The notes beneath the pieces were generated by a model. That model was not told the origin of the DNA, ran no database searches, and saw nothing but the letters and a program-made list of their open reading frames with translations. 64,000 nucleotides of DNA. Source: Oculina patagonica (Eukaryota). This document shows positions 38,052 to 50,700 of the stretch, one piece after another. The stretch's first letter is position 1. Every line of letters begins with the position of its first letter. Both the position numbers and the translations under genes were made by a program. The stretch spans positions 23,312,001 to 23,376,000 of the forward strand of contig NC_135769.1 in assembly GCF_052425735.1 (NCBI RefSeq), written 5' to 3'.

Positions 38052-38300
38052 CCTTTATTTACACACGATAGGGTTTAAAGCACAATGCTTGTGGGGTCGT
38101 GTATTATACTTAATATTACAAAATACTAATAAACTAATAGATTTCTAAATTACAACTAAATGCTTATATACTAAATTGGATCGTATCTACTAAAAAAATA
38201 ATTAATTACATAACAATCAGTAACATTTAAAGTCATTGTAATGCCTAGGGAGCGACTGAGCATTGAAATTAAGCTCCTTAAGCTCCTTTTTTGGTAAACA
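38018..38300 (-). mobile_element. LINE 3'-end fragment with (GAT)n tail
   Basis: (CAT)n run plus TTTATT on the + strand. Flanked by an AGTGTCA duplication and absent from the mirror copy at about 41270-41320. Confidence 0.65.
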
Positions 38301-38576
38301 AAGTGTCACGCAGTGTCACGTGACTTTTTTGGTAAGCAAAGTCTGAAAGTTCGTACATCTGCCGAACATACTTGTATAGTGGGTAGTGTACAAGCAGAAT
38401 GGCCACGACTAAAAGATGTGCTTATCGTGCTTGTAAAAACGATTCCCGATATCCTGAATCCTGGGTAATAAACCTAAACGGCGATTAAGTAGAGTTCTTC
38501 CGTTTTTCTGGCGCAACTAGACAGAACGAGAGAAGTTAAAAGTAGACAAGGGCATGTCACGGCGATTTGATACTCG

Positions 38577-39773
38577 TAGGGGCGGATCCAGGATTTTTCA
38601 AAGGGGGGTGACTGTTTACCAATATATTTTTTTTTTTGGGGGGGGGGAGGTTTGGGCTTTTAGGCATTTTTTTGAAAGTGAGAGTGCAAATGATTTTGGA
38701 TGTGAGGACCATATTTAATGGGGCAGAAGGCTCCATCCCCCTAGGAGGGTCTGGGGGCATGCCCCCTCAGAAAATTTTGAAAAGTTGAAGCCTCTTAGAG
38801 GTGATTTCCGCGATTCTGATCAGCTTTATACAGCTGTCAATTAAGTTATTAAACCACTGTTTTTCCTTGATAATTTGGCAAAATATTCTTTCTTTAACTT
38901 ACCTTGAGTTATATTTCCGAGAAAAAGTCTAGTTCTTATGAAATGAACAGTGATTGAAATTTAAAGTTGACAGGTCACGAACTTACAGGAAAGAACAGAT
39001 ATGCGTTTTTTGCTCACCCACGTGCGTGAAAATTTTTAGCCCTTTGCAAAGTTGCCTGGGGGGGGGGGGGGGGGGAGGCGCGGTGGCCTAATGGTTAGCG
39101 CGCTCGACTCCGAGTCCAACGGCCCGGGTTCGAGGCCTGGCCGGGGCGCTGCGTTGTGTTCTTGGGCAAGACACTTTACTCTCACAGTGCCTCTCTCCAC
39201 CCAGGTGTATAAATGGGTACCGGGCGAATTTACTGCTGGGGGGTAACCCTGCGATGGACTAGCATCCCATCCAGGGGGGAGTAGCAATACTCCTAGTCGC
39301 TTAATGCTACGGAAACCGGGATAAGCTCCGGCTGTATGAGCATTATGGCTCGGACACAGACTTTACCTTTTACCTTACTTTACCAAGTGACCTGGGGACA
39401 ACATTGGCGACTTTGCATGTTTGTGAAATCGCTTCAATGCGAAAAAACGGTACGAACACTCGCTAAAAAGATGTAAATGGAGAAGAAAATCATTCCAGCA
39501 AGGCTAAAACAACTCTCCAAAGTTAAGAGGAATCTAATTTTTTCAAATTATACACACATGTTTTGTTACATTAAGCCAGAAGTTCGTAAAACAGGCTGTC
39601 GAAAATCTCCTATTTTGGAAAAATGGCCTTTCTTAACTTTGAACGGCCGCCTGACTATGAAAGGTGGATGGACATTGTTCTTATTTTCTATTTTAATATG
39701 TTTATTTTCATTTTTCTGGTGGATCAAGGGGGGTGGCTAGCCACCCAATGCACCCCCCCTGGATCCGCCCCTG
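38577..39773. mobile_element. hAT-like non-autonomous element (5-bp TSD ACTCG) containing a SINE
   Basis: (T)AGGGGCGGATCCAGG ... CCTGGATCCGCCCCTG TIRs. Confidence 0.82.
39072..39385 (+). mobile_element. tRNA-derived SINE, full length
   Basis: A box GGTGGCCTAATGG, B box GGTTCGAGGCC, conserved core, (TTTACC)n tail. Confidence 0.88.
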
Positions 39774-40609
39774 ACTCGTTCGTGTGTACAAAGGATAGTT
39801 AGTTTGTAGTCTACATTTTGTTGGTGGAAATGGTCCAACAAAGAGTGATTCTGTTCCTTTATCTGTTGTTGCTGGTAAAGAAAGAGTAAGTTCGTCTATT
39901 TATGCTTTATACTGTCGTTTGAATTTATGCCGCGCCATGCCAAGGTGTCGCGACTCAATCTTAAACGAAATATCTTGTGAACGAGACAAAAATAAAAGCA
40001 AGAAAATTTGCCTTGAACGATCAGTGGCTAAAACCCTGTTGATGCTTATGCACAACTCTTTTTATTTTTACGGTCGTAATTGATTCAGTGACTGCGAAGA
40101 AAACAACGTTTTTCAAGCGAACGTAGTGAAAAAAACAGCGATAGAACGCGGATTGAATATGATAATTTTATCGGCCGCGATTGCATATAAAAGGGTCGGC
40201 ATTTACGCATTCATTTAGAGTTTTAGAAAGTTCGAAGAGAAGCTTTTTAAAAATTTGGTTGAATGAATTTCATTGATGGATTGTCAACGAACGGTAAAGA
40301 ATAATTTACGAAGAACATAAACATCAACAGACCACGGGTTGAAAATTACATTTCTATCGCTCCGATTTATGACTAAAAGCGACGGCATTTACGCATTCGT
40401 TAGAAGTTTTAGACGGTTCAAAGGCTAGCTTTGAATTGGTTTGAACGAATTTCACTGACGGAATGTCAAGAAACGGTAAAAAATATTTTTACGAGTAACT
40501 TAAACAACAACAGCAATGGCCGCGCGTTGAAAATCATATCTTTATCGCTGCGATCGATGACATTAAACGGACGAACTTACCCTTTCTTTACTAGCAACAG
40601 CAGTTATAG

Positions 40610-40865
40610 GTTTAGGATCCCTCTTTGCTGGACCATTTCCACCGACAAAATGTAGAGTACAAATTTATTAAACTATCCTTCGTACACGCTGGTACACACG
40701 AACGATTATCAAATCGCCATGACATGCCCTTGTCTTGTTCTGTCTAGTTGCGCCAGAAACATGGAAGAACTTGACTAAATCGCCGTTTAGGTTTATTACC
40801 CAGGATTCACAATATCGGGAATCGTTTTTAAAAGCACAATAAGCACGTATTTTAGTCGTGGCCAT
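40610..40865 (-). pseudogene. second, inverted degenerate THAP exon copy
   Basis: Reverse complement of 38399-38576 plus 39774-39845 (MATTKIRAYCAFKNDSRYCESW...RACHGD...CTLHFVGGNGPAK). Confidence 0.7.
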
Positions 40866-40885
40866 TCTGCTTGTACACTACCCAC

Positions 40886-41203
40886 CCCAGGGGGGGTACT
40901 CCGGGATCCAAGTGACGGGGATGTGCGAAGGATTTTTTTGGGGTCGAAATTTTCGATTCCGGGATTTTTTTGGGGTGACTTGATTTAATTAGGGGATTTT
41001 TTTGGATGTTAAAATCAAACTAAAGTGCCTTGGCGCGGCCTTGGCAATTTAGGGGTGATTTGGCTAGGGATTTTTTTGGGCGTTTTTTGTGGTCCATGGA
41101 TTTTTTTGGGTAATGTCGGGAGACTTAGGGATTTTTTTGGGTCCTGAGTTTTGCTTCCATTCGATCATCCCCGTCACTTTGATCCCGGAGTACCTCCCCT
41201 GGG
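40886..41203. mobile_element. MITE, CCCAGGGG termini, 8-bp TSD CTACCCAC
   Basis: TIRs CCCAGGGG(G)GGTACTCC; homologous to 57206-57568. Confidence 0.88.
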
Positions 41204-41394
41204 CTACCCACTATACAAGTGTGTTCGGCAGATGTCCGAACTTTCGGACTTTGTTTACCAAAAACGTCAGGTGACACTGCGTGACACTGCACGTGAAAGT
41301 CTAAAGCCGAAGTGGTGGATTACACTTGTAAATTTCAATCAGTTCATCACGCTAGCTCAAAGCTCGTGTTCCCATCAATAGATAAGAATTTTAA

Positions 41395-44300
41395 ATGGGA
41401 ACCAAGGCAGAAAGCAAAGTAGTCATTGTCGGGAAATATTCTGTTGGCAAAACAGCATTGGTCACCAGGTATACAAAGAATCGATTCTGTGAGCTTGCAC
41501 CTTATCAACCGGTAGGTTTTACAATGTAATTCGCTTTAATTTTATAATTATTTTCTCCAATAATCCGAAGTCTTGTTTCGTTAAACGTTATGATAACGAA
41601 GCATGCTTTTATAACAAATTGTTTGCTTTGATTTGAGTTTTTCTTTCCTGTTTTACAATGCAAAACTTCAGCATTTGATAATTCCATGCTACAATTCACT
41701 TCTACCTGTTTTTCCTCACGTTTGTTCGTCTCTTCCAAGGGATGTAGTTATTGTATATATATTATTATGAGGACTGAAACTAAAACTTCATAAACAGATT
41801 CAGTTTATGTTTACGTGGCTTACGAAAGGAAATTTTCTAATTAAAACTCTGACTAAATAAGGGAAATTTGAATTGTCTAATCGTTCTTTGATGAGAAACA
41901 GGAAAATAACTCAAAACCAATTCCGGGAAATGTGGTGTCACGCAACACTGTATATTTCAATGTAACCTATATGATCAGGCGTTCTTTGTCTTCTTTTTGT
42001 GGCGGTGGCGGCAGAAGAGAGTAAAGGAAAGGACGTCTGATCGCGGCAGGTTAATTTCAGTCTGGTTATTAGACAAAATGCTAAAATTTCCCAACTTGTC
42101 CACCTTTGTTAAAATGTAAACAAATTTCAAACTGAAGACCAATATCGCTGTTTTATCATACAAGAAAACGTTTTTCTTTTTTTCTCTTTTTCAGTGATAG
42201 AAACTAGCAACCACAAACTCCCTTCAAAATCTAAGCGTGCTGTCGGACGCCAATTATCATATTTCATCGGTTGAAATTGGTGAAACCGAAAGTTTTGCAC
42301 CCGAAACCCATATTTAAATTTATTTATCAGTAGACTATTTCAACACCTTTCTATCCCTTGCAGACAATAGGTGCAGCCTTTGTGGCCAAAAGAGTGATTG
42401 TAGGCGGCAAATGCATCAATCTAGGAATATGGGTAAGAAGAATGCTAAAAAAATTTCTAACCAAACACAAACCAACGTTCTCTAATCCTCGGAAGCGTTC
42501 CATTCCATTTTCAGTCATAACGTACACTCAGTCCAGGAAATAATTTTCGGGAGGCGGGGTTATAAGCATGCCCCCGACGCTTGGTTTTGCCCTACCTCCC
42601 TCCCCCCTCCCCCTCCATTGCGTCGTACAGATTACATTCATAACTTGAGCCACGCCCCAAAAATATGAATTCTGATATCTTTTAGGGGTTCATCTGAAAT
42701 TTCCCATTAGCATCCACGTCACCCTTTTTTCAGTGGGGTCTCCTCAGGTGTTAATTTTCGCTAATTACTGCGTATAACTCGTCATCTGTCTCATTTGTCA
42801 GGACACAGCGGGTTCGGAAAGATTTGAATCTGTAAGCACGTTATACTATCGTGGAGCAAAGGCAGCTGTTGTTTGCTATGGTAAGAGACGGCCGTAAGAA
42901 TACTAGTTTTCACAACTTTTAGTCAGATCTTTCATTGAATGTGGCTTTACTTTTACATTCAATTTCTGAGCTCTGTGGTCGGTTAAAAAGGTTCGTGCGA
43001 GGTGCTCTAGCCAATCAGGGAAGATTATTATCTATTCTTTCAGCCAATCAGAAGGGAACTACGTACAGTCAATGGTATTTTAGCTTTCGCGCGTTTCCCC
43101 ATGCTTAAGCCTGGTTCTCATATGATCGTCCCGATCGTCTCTGTCGCCGCTTCTGTCGCTTCAAAACGTTTGCTTGCTCCAATCACCTCAGACTTTGCAA
43201 ACGACAGAAGCGACAGAGACGATCGGGGCGATCATATGAGAACCAGCCTTAAGTACCCATTGCATGTTTTGCTTTCAGGTCTGCTTAGTAAACATCATAA
43301 TATTGTTTGAACTTGTTCTGATCAGCCAGATATTTTTATTTGAATTTGGTCCCGCGGTAGTTGTTGAAAAAAAAAACCGATACATCGCGCGCCCTCCCAA
43401 TGCCTCTGGTTTTATTTAAGATGCAAGCTTTCGTTTTGACACAAGAAGCTAACCACCGATTCACTTTTCATTTCCACAGATTTAACTGACTCCTCCAGTT
43501 TTGAGAAAGCGAAGTTTTACGTTTCCGAGATAAAACAACACAATGAGGTGGGTTAGTTTACTTTTAAGTCAATACCACAAAGTCTACTATGAGCGAGGCC
43601 GGGCGATGTTTTTAGCATTGTTTTGCACTGCAATACCCGATGCATTCTCAACCAGCGCGAGACCAGCAACGATGCACGCCTGAGTCTCGCGCATGGTGAT
43701 GAAACAACACCGTGATCCCTGCAGGCGCGCGGTATAGAGGGAATCGGCATTCATTTCACTCTTGACACACACGCTACATTGAGACCAACTCTTACCCTTT
43801 CTATAACTCTAGATCTTACTATTACTAATGACTATCACTTTGAATCTTGCTTATGCCGCTAAAAACTTACTTCGCGCGCCAACAAGACTGCCAGTTACGC
43901 AAGTTACTTTTGCTTTGCTTTTGCTTTTGCTCTTGCTCTTGCTCTCTTACTCTCTAGCTTGCTCTAGCTTGCTTTCTTACTTTCTTGCTCTCTGCCTTGC
44001 TCTCTTACTCTTACTAAGGGCGTAGCCAGACCTTTGGCATAGACCAGGCAATGTATATCTTGTTATGTGGGGGGTCTGGGAGCATGCCTCCCTCCCAGAA
44101 AATTTTGAAATCTAGAAGCTCTGAAACGCGTTTTCAACGTTTTTCATAAGGGTTTTCTTGAGAAGAATCAATCTTGTTCAACTGGAGATACTTTTTGCAA
44201 CTAAACATATATTTTGTTTTAAATTTTGGGTTAAAATCACGCCAGGCGAGGCAATTGCCTCGTCTTGCCTCTTACTAGCTTTGGCCCTGCTTATTCTTAC

Positions 44301-46825
44301 TCTTGCTCTTATTCCCTATACCTTTGCAATTATCCTGATCGACCGACCAACCGACCGAATGACTTTAGAAGAACAGAATGACTAACTTTGATAGCGGTCT
44401 TTCTTTTTTCAGAATTGCTGGCTTTACCTGTGCGGAACAAAGCGTGACTTGATAAGCTCGGGCGAGCGAAACAGAGATGTCGTGTATAACGAGGCAGTGA
44501 ACTACGCCCAAAGTAAGTTAGTCTTCATACGATTGCTATCTAAAAACTCAGACGTCAGCATTTCTCTGAAATGACAAGATTTCTCTCAGATTAACCGTTG
44601 TCACTCGACAAAATTATTTATGTCATGTTCATCGTATTTTCAACTGTCTTCTCACTGTTTGGAAATGTGACGAAACACTCTCTCGTGTCAAGCACGAGAG
44701 ACAACATTTCAACATTTTTAAACGGGAAGGGAGTTGAAAATACGACGCACGACGGAGTATTTTTGAAGAACTTTGATGTGTTCAGAAATGTGATGACAAA
44801 GTGTCTCGAGGGCTTAGATATATTTTCCCTAAAACAAAACTTAAACTAACTTGGAATAAACGGAGAAATAAAATCATAAAGATCTATGCTAATTAAGATC
44901 AAGACCGCATATTCAAACCACCATCACGGTTATGGTTTTCTTTATTTTCATTTGTTGATGACATTAATGATACTAATGAGTTTGAGAAACCGTCTTGGAA
45001 ACGTTCCGATGGGTTTTACGTAATCGACCAATAAAACTAAAAATCAAACCGTGGACTAAGGGGTCTGTCACTGTGCCCCTGACGAGAATGGCATACTTTC
45101 TGAGCTTTCATGACAATCTACTCCGATCCAGGAAAACTGACTTATTAGTGAGCCAACTATTATAATTTTTTTCAATTTAATTAACAATGGTAATTTACCT
45201 AAGCGATAAAATTAAATAGGGACAACAGATCACTACTAAGTAAACCACCATAGCCATTCATTTCGTCGGTTACTTACACAAACATAACTATTAGGACTTT
45301 TTTCTTTACCATCTAGTCAGTAAACCCTCTAGTCAGTCAGTCTTATGGATGGTTTTCTGCACTTTCGACCTTCGTCTGCTCAGTCTGTTTGTTCAGACCT
45401 TTCATGTGCTTATGCACATGTCAGGCTGTTCACTCGGCAATTCATTCGGATCGTTGTTTTTGCAGTCTTTATCCGTTACTTACATAAACAGTAAAAGCCG
45501 AAATATTTAAACCTACTGAGTTCCGAAACGTTTTGGTTTTAATATCACAAATGGCATCCCACAGCGTTGGAACTATTCCTTCGCTTCAAATAATCAAAAA
45601 CAAGGGCCAAGGGCGTATCCAGGAATTTTTGATCGGAGGGATTCAAACTTTGATACAGAAAACACTGTTAATATTTTTTGCGGCAAATTACTTCTTCCCA
45701 ACACATTCCCCGAACTTCAGAATTTAAGAGCAACATGTCTTTGGCGTACAATTACGAGACTGTACTGAACGCTGTATCCTTCTGCTATCGGTCATTATTC
45801 TTGTCTAATTTCGTGGTTTTTTGTTGTTGTTGTTTTTTTTTCATCCCAACAAGAAATCGAAGCCAAGACAGTGGTCGAGACGTCCAGTAAAACGGGACAA
45901 AACGTAGGTAAGTACATGGTCAGGTAACCTAAAGGCATTGATTGTTTTTTTTTTTAAAATTACAATTTTATTGATTCCTTTTTGTTCTTTACATTCCCCA
46001 GAGGAGTTATTTTTTAGAATAGCTGAAGACTTACTGGGGGAGATATCAACAGGTACAAAACCATATCTCGCAAACGACTGCTTTCAATTCCCGTTTTGTT
46101 TGCAGTAACATAGGCCCAGTGTAAAGTTAACTCTCACTAAAAGTAAAACATCCAAAACTAAAGTGACATCTCGATATACAAGTGCCAAGAATTGGTAGGA
46201 AGCGTTCTTTTTTACCAAGTTCGTACCCAGATCGTAAAACCAGGCTTTTGCTTCATACATTTTATATTGACATTTTATCATTGGGAAATTTAACTGAGCT
46301 GAAGAATATCGTTCGCTATAACGGGGTCTTCATTATAAAGGGAATCGTAATATCGAGGTTCCACTGTAGTTATAACGTCTCCAAGATTAATGTCAGATTA
46401 TACAAATAGCGTAGAGAATAATCTTAATAAGCATTCTTATTTCTTGAGTGCGGATATAGAAGCTATCTTCGTGCGGTTTGCCACTTCAGATTCTAAGTTA
46501 AGGGCTCGGCAAACATTCAAGCTGGCTCAATTTTCCTTTCAGCGATCAAAAGAATATTTTTTGCTCTATTCATGTAACGTTAGGGAATTTAGCTATTGCT
46601 TCTGCCAGCAACATCAGTTCATATATTAGTTCATGATACTTCGCTTTATTCTCAATCCCAGGGCCCGGTTGTTTGGTATTGCTCGGTAAGAAATTGAGGG
46701 CTCTGGGCTCAAGAACAATCTTTCTTTATGTATCATTGACAGATGACACGGAGCCCGTACACAAGTTAGGATTTCAAGACCCTTCACGAAACAATAGAAT
46801 AGCACCATGTGGATGTAAGAGTTGA
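41395..46825 (+). CDS. RAB24: Rab24-like small GTPase (206 aa)
   Basis: Exons 41395-41511, 42364-42432, 42802-42880, 43480-43547, 44413-44512, 45854-45907, 46002-46052, 46743-46825 total 621 nt. Motifs [26 protein letters not shown] (Ser for Gln, diagnostic of Rab24), CGTKRD, ETSSKTG, C-terminal CGCKS. The last exon is the least certain. Confidence 0.85.
43107..43248. mobile_element. palindromic Harbinger-type MITE
   Basis: CTGGTTCTCATATGATCG...CGATCATATGAGAACCAG foldback with TTAA/TAA flanks. Confidence 0.75.
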
Positions 46826-47755
46826 GGGAGTTCAAACGCCGTGAACCGACTCACCCGTAAAACTACTGTCAGGGGAGGGAAAAGGAGTTATGCTGTAAGA
46901 GCGTATGAAAAGTTCATTGTAAATGACATCAGTAGTATGGCAGGAGTGCTATGGACTGTAACGAATAAGATAGATTAAGAGCTTATTGCATGGCGTAAAA
47001 CGTAGCTTTGCGTAGCGTAAAAGGTTATGTAATACTTGACTGAACATTAGGGATGCGAATAACAATATCAACCTAGACTGCAATCATTCCGTAATGTCCT
47101 CTTGGGAACGTTGAGCGGCGGGAGGAAAAATGCAATTGTAAATAACAATATCTGTTAAAAGTTGTGGTATAAAAAGTTTATATATGAATAAAGTAATCGA
47201 GTTTGGTGGAGTGCTGCAGTATTTGACACATGAGTGATGACTGAGAGTCATTGCAAATTGAGGTTACAACACCAAGAAATATTACAACTTAACGTAAATA
47301 TGTAGTCTCGACTGAAGTAAGGCTGAGCTGATGGCTATTCGCACTAGTATTGTACCGAGGCTCGTGTAAATTTGTTGAACTATTGTAGGTTTCTTTCAGT
47401 TTGGCAAGCAATCAGATGATGTATTGCTTTAGGTTCAATAAAGTCGTTAAAGTCTATATATAAAAAGAAAAAACAATTACCGGTAAACTCCGCTGCTTAA
47501 GTTTGCGAATACAGCCGCCTCTTTTTGCTCCCGGCCGGTAAAAACGCCTAACCGGCCGGGAGGGAAGAGAGGCGGCTGTATTCGCAGCCTACCGCTGGTT
47601 TTACTGCTTATTAATAAATTGACGTTGGCCTCTGATCTTCAAGTTCCTTTTAGTTACTAGCCAGCTGACGCGAGCAATTTTTTGAATGAAAACCGTCATT
47701 TGATGACATTTCTTGACAATAAAAGTGTACCATCTTATTTTTCACAAAGCTTCGT

Positions 47756-50700
47756 TTATTTAAATTTCTTCCCCTTTTTCTTGCCGGCTACAAATTTCTT
47801 TTTCTTGCTTGGCATCCTGATCTCCTGACTGTCGCCATCTTCTTCCAAAGGCCTCTTCTTTTTCTCTTGGATCTCTCTAAGCTCCTGAGTAGAAACATGA
47901 CACGTCATAGTCAGTCAATGAGAGGAGATTGGATAGGGTAAAACGTTTTCACTCTTCAATCCCAGGAACAACGTTCTAACTCGCTAGAATTAGACATTCC
48001 AGTGGAGGGGCGGGGGGGGGGGGGGGGCGTGAACGGGAAGTATTATCTTCGAAAGGAGGGAGGGATGAGGAAGGGAAGAAAAGGGGACGGGGGAAGAAAG
48101 GACGGCGGGAGGGAGGTAAACTTGCATACAATATGGTTACTAAAAACATCGACACGGAAAGCTACAGTAAGTCAATGACCATTGCTTACAGACTGAACAA
48201 AAATAACATGGGAACTACCTACGGTGGAAGTGGACTACACACGGAAGGAACTTGTTGCAGTCCAAGAATGGTCTATATATGGGGGAAGCAACTATCTAAG
48301 GAAGGGGCTGTACAAGGATATATTACAGGAGTGTTATAAAAGACATAAAACTGGGTATTTTTGAAGGGAAACAGTAACATTGCAGGTACGGTGTGAGGAA
48401 TGCTGAGAGGAATGGCCTGAAGGAAGTTCTCCGCACTCTCTTACCATCTTAGCGTATCTCTGTGCCTCTGTGACTCGCTCCATGAGTAACATGACTTCCT
48501 CCTCCACCGTGGGGTACTGTGGTAGTTTCTTTCCAATAAGCTGCTCGATCCGTTGATATAATTCCACATCGTATCTACAAAAGGACGAAGCTTATCAATT
48601 ACTTTTAATGCCAAGACAAGTTGTCGCGTCCTAGTAAGTGAACGTGCGAGGGAAAAGATAATGTGGACTGTTGTTTCGGTAAGGTTTTTAGCAGAGTAAC
48701 TTAGTTATCCATCATAATGTTGCACACAATGAAACTTCAAAGCTACTCTGCATCTTGTCCAGGTAAAACGCTGATTCCTTAAAGAAACTTAAGGGAACTT
48801 TAATGTACAAACTAACCGAGACACTCGTCGAGAAAGGTAGTTGGAACGCTTACTTAAAGCTGATTTCCAGTCCGTACTGCGCAGACTCGGGGTTTGTTTT
48901 CGTTTTTGTTTTGAATTCGTTGAAACGTTACACTTCGGTGACAGCATACATGAAGATTTTTAGTGCGCCATTACAGTTCGTTTCGTTCAAGAATTTCCGA
49001 TGAGCTTAAACGTCGGTTTGAAATAGCGTCAAGGTTCCTCTACTCGTTATTATTTGTTCTGCAAGGATATCTGGCGTTAATTATGAAGAAAAAGGTAAGT
49101 TTGTCGCGGAATTTTTAGTTTTGCTTGTAAACATTCCTTCGTGTGGGCTCACATAAACATTGCAGCCGAGATTGCGCAGTACGGACTGGAATTCATCTTT
49201 AAAGGTTATAGAAATGGTAAGCTGAACATTGAGACGGCGGTGGGGGAATTCGTAATCGAGCCAACACTTTCGCTCTTGCCCCAGTTACACTTTTCCCGCC
49301 CTTGACACCAGTTTCACGTTTTATTTCAAGCTTTGATTGGTTCATCGCACTTTGATTGACTGGCCGTGCGACTGACCACTTCAGCTATACTTGTACGAGT
49401 TATTACAAGGCGGCTCCAATAATTTCAAAATTGAACTTACTGTGTGACAAAAGTGATAGAGCGACCTGAACGACCAGCTCTTGCTGTTCGACCAACCCGA
49501 TGAATATAGTCCTAAAAGGAAAATAACACATTGGTGAGCGGAGGGAAAGGAAAACGTTAGCTAACGTTTATACCCTGACACGAGAGAATAATTTGAACAC
49601 AAGACCTTCAGTACTTAAGAGGAAATCCGCCAGGACTTCGAGTAGTTATTGGACAAAATTATGTACCAAAACTATTTACACCTGATTGCAAGCTTTTGTG
49701 TTACTGCTTTAAATGTCTTATCGAAAGAAATCTTTTCTAACAACACCAAACATCGAAAACGAATTTTGAAGTTCCACTGAATTCCCATGAATCGCTTATA
49801 AGATGTGAGCTTTTGCCCATAGCTTGTGAACGTTGAATATCATTTTCTCAGACTCTGATAAGAAATTGTTGTACCAGAATTATTTCAACCTTATTGCAAA
49901 CTTTTTTGTTACTGCTTTAAATATCTTATCAAAAGAAATCTTTTCTAACAACACCAAACACGAAAACAAATTCCACTGAATCGCTTAAGGCGAATTTACA
50001 AAATGGCTACACGTGAGATTTTGTCTATACCTTGTGAACTTTGAAATTCATTTTCTCAGACTCTGATAAGAAATTGTTGTTCGTGTTATCACAGATAATT
50101 ACTTACATCTTTAACTTTTATTAAGGGTAGCAAATAACGCAATAGGATTTAAATTATTCTGGAAATTGATTTTTGTCCAACTTTAATAAATATTACTCGA
50201 CTTCCTAGTGGATTCCGTCTTAAGTAACAATGGACAAGATAGCAATGGATTACAATAAGGGAAACCTTGAAAATATACTACTCGTAATTTCAAGGTTTAT
50301 TAAAATTCTTTTAAATATTTGTTCAACTGCAATTGGGTTGTAAGAAATTGTTTTCTTTATTTATATTTCTTGAGGGAACCGTTTCTGCGTTCAAACTAGC
50401 CTGTGAGCAGGCTCACCTTGGGTCACACGCGCGATTGGCGAAGAGCGATTCCGCGAGCGAAGCAATAAAGACGGGGAGGACACTGGGTTTTTCCCAGACG
50501 TGAGCCACGCATTGCGGCTTCGCTGCTCGTATCTCCCAAACGTGAGCCTGCTCGCAGGCTACGTTCAAACCTTCAATACAATTTAAAGTAAATTATCAAG
50601 AACCGGATTGCTTATATACAGTGGACCCTTTAATTTCTCGGACCTGCCGATAACTACCCAAGGTCGTTTCCCTTCCCTCAGTCCAATTTGACCCCCGGTT

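Larger units (their letters stand above)
38399..39885 (+). pseudogene. degenerate THAP zinc-finger exon (transposon-derived), split by a MITE
   Basis: MATTKRCAYRACKNDSRYPESW...FF...RACH...[insertion]...FVCTKDS..CSLHFVGGNGP...P followed by a GTAAGT donor. C2CH THAP signature with stops and frameshifts. Confidence 0.7.

Noticed and set aside
39072-39145. tRNA gene
   Set aside because: The A/B boxes run into a SINE core and tail, and there is no proper acceptor stem. The same applies at about 28120-28194.
46826-47460. Possible solo LTR downstream of Rab24
   Set aside because: No TG..CA ends with a TSD were found. It is best explained as 3'UTR with AATAAA signals.
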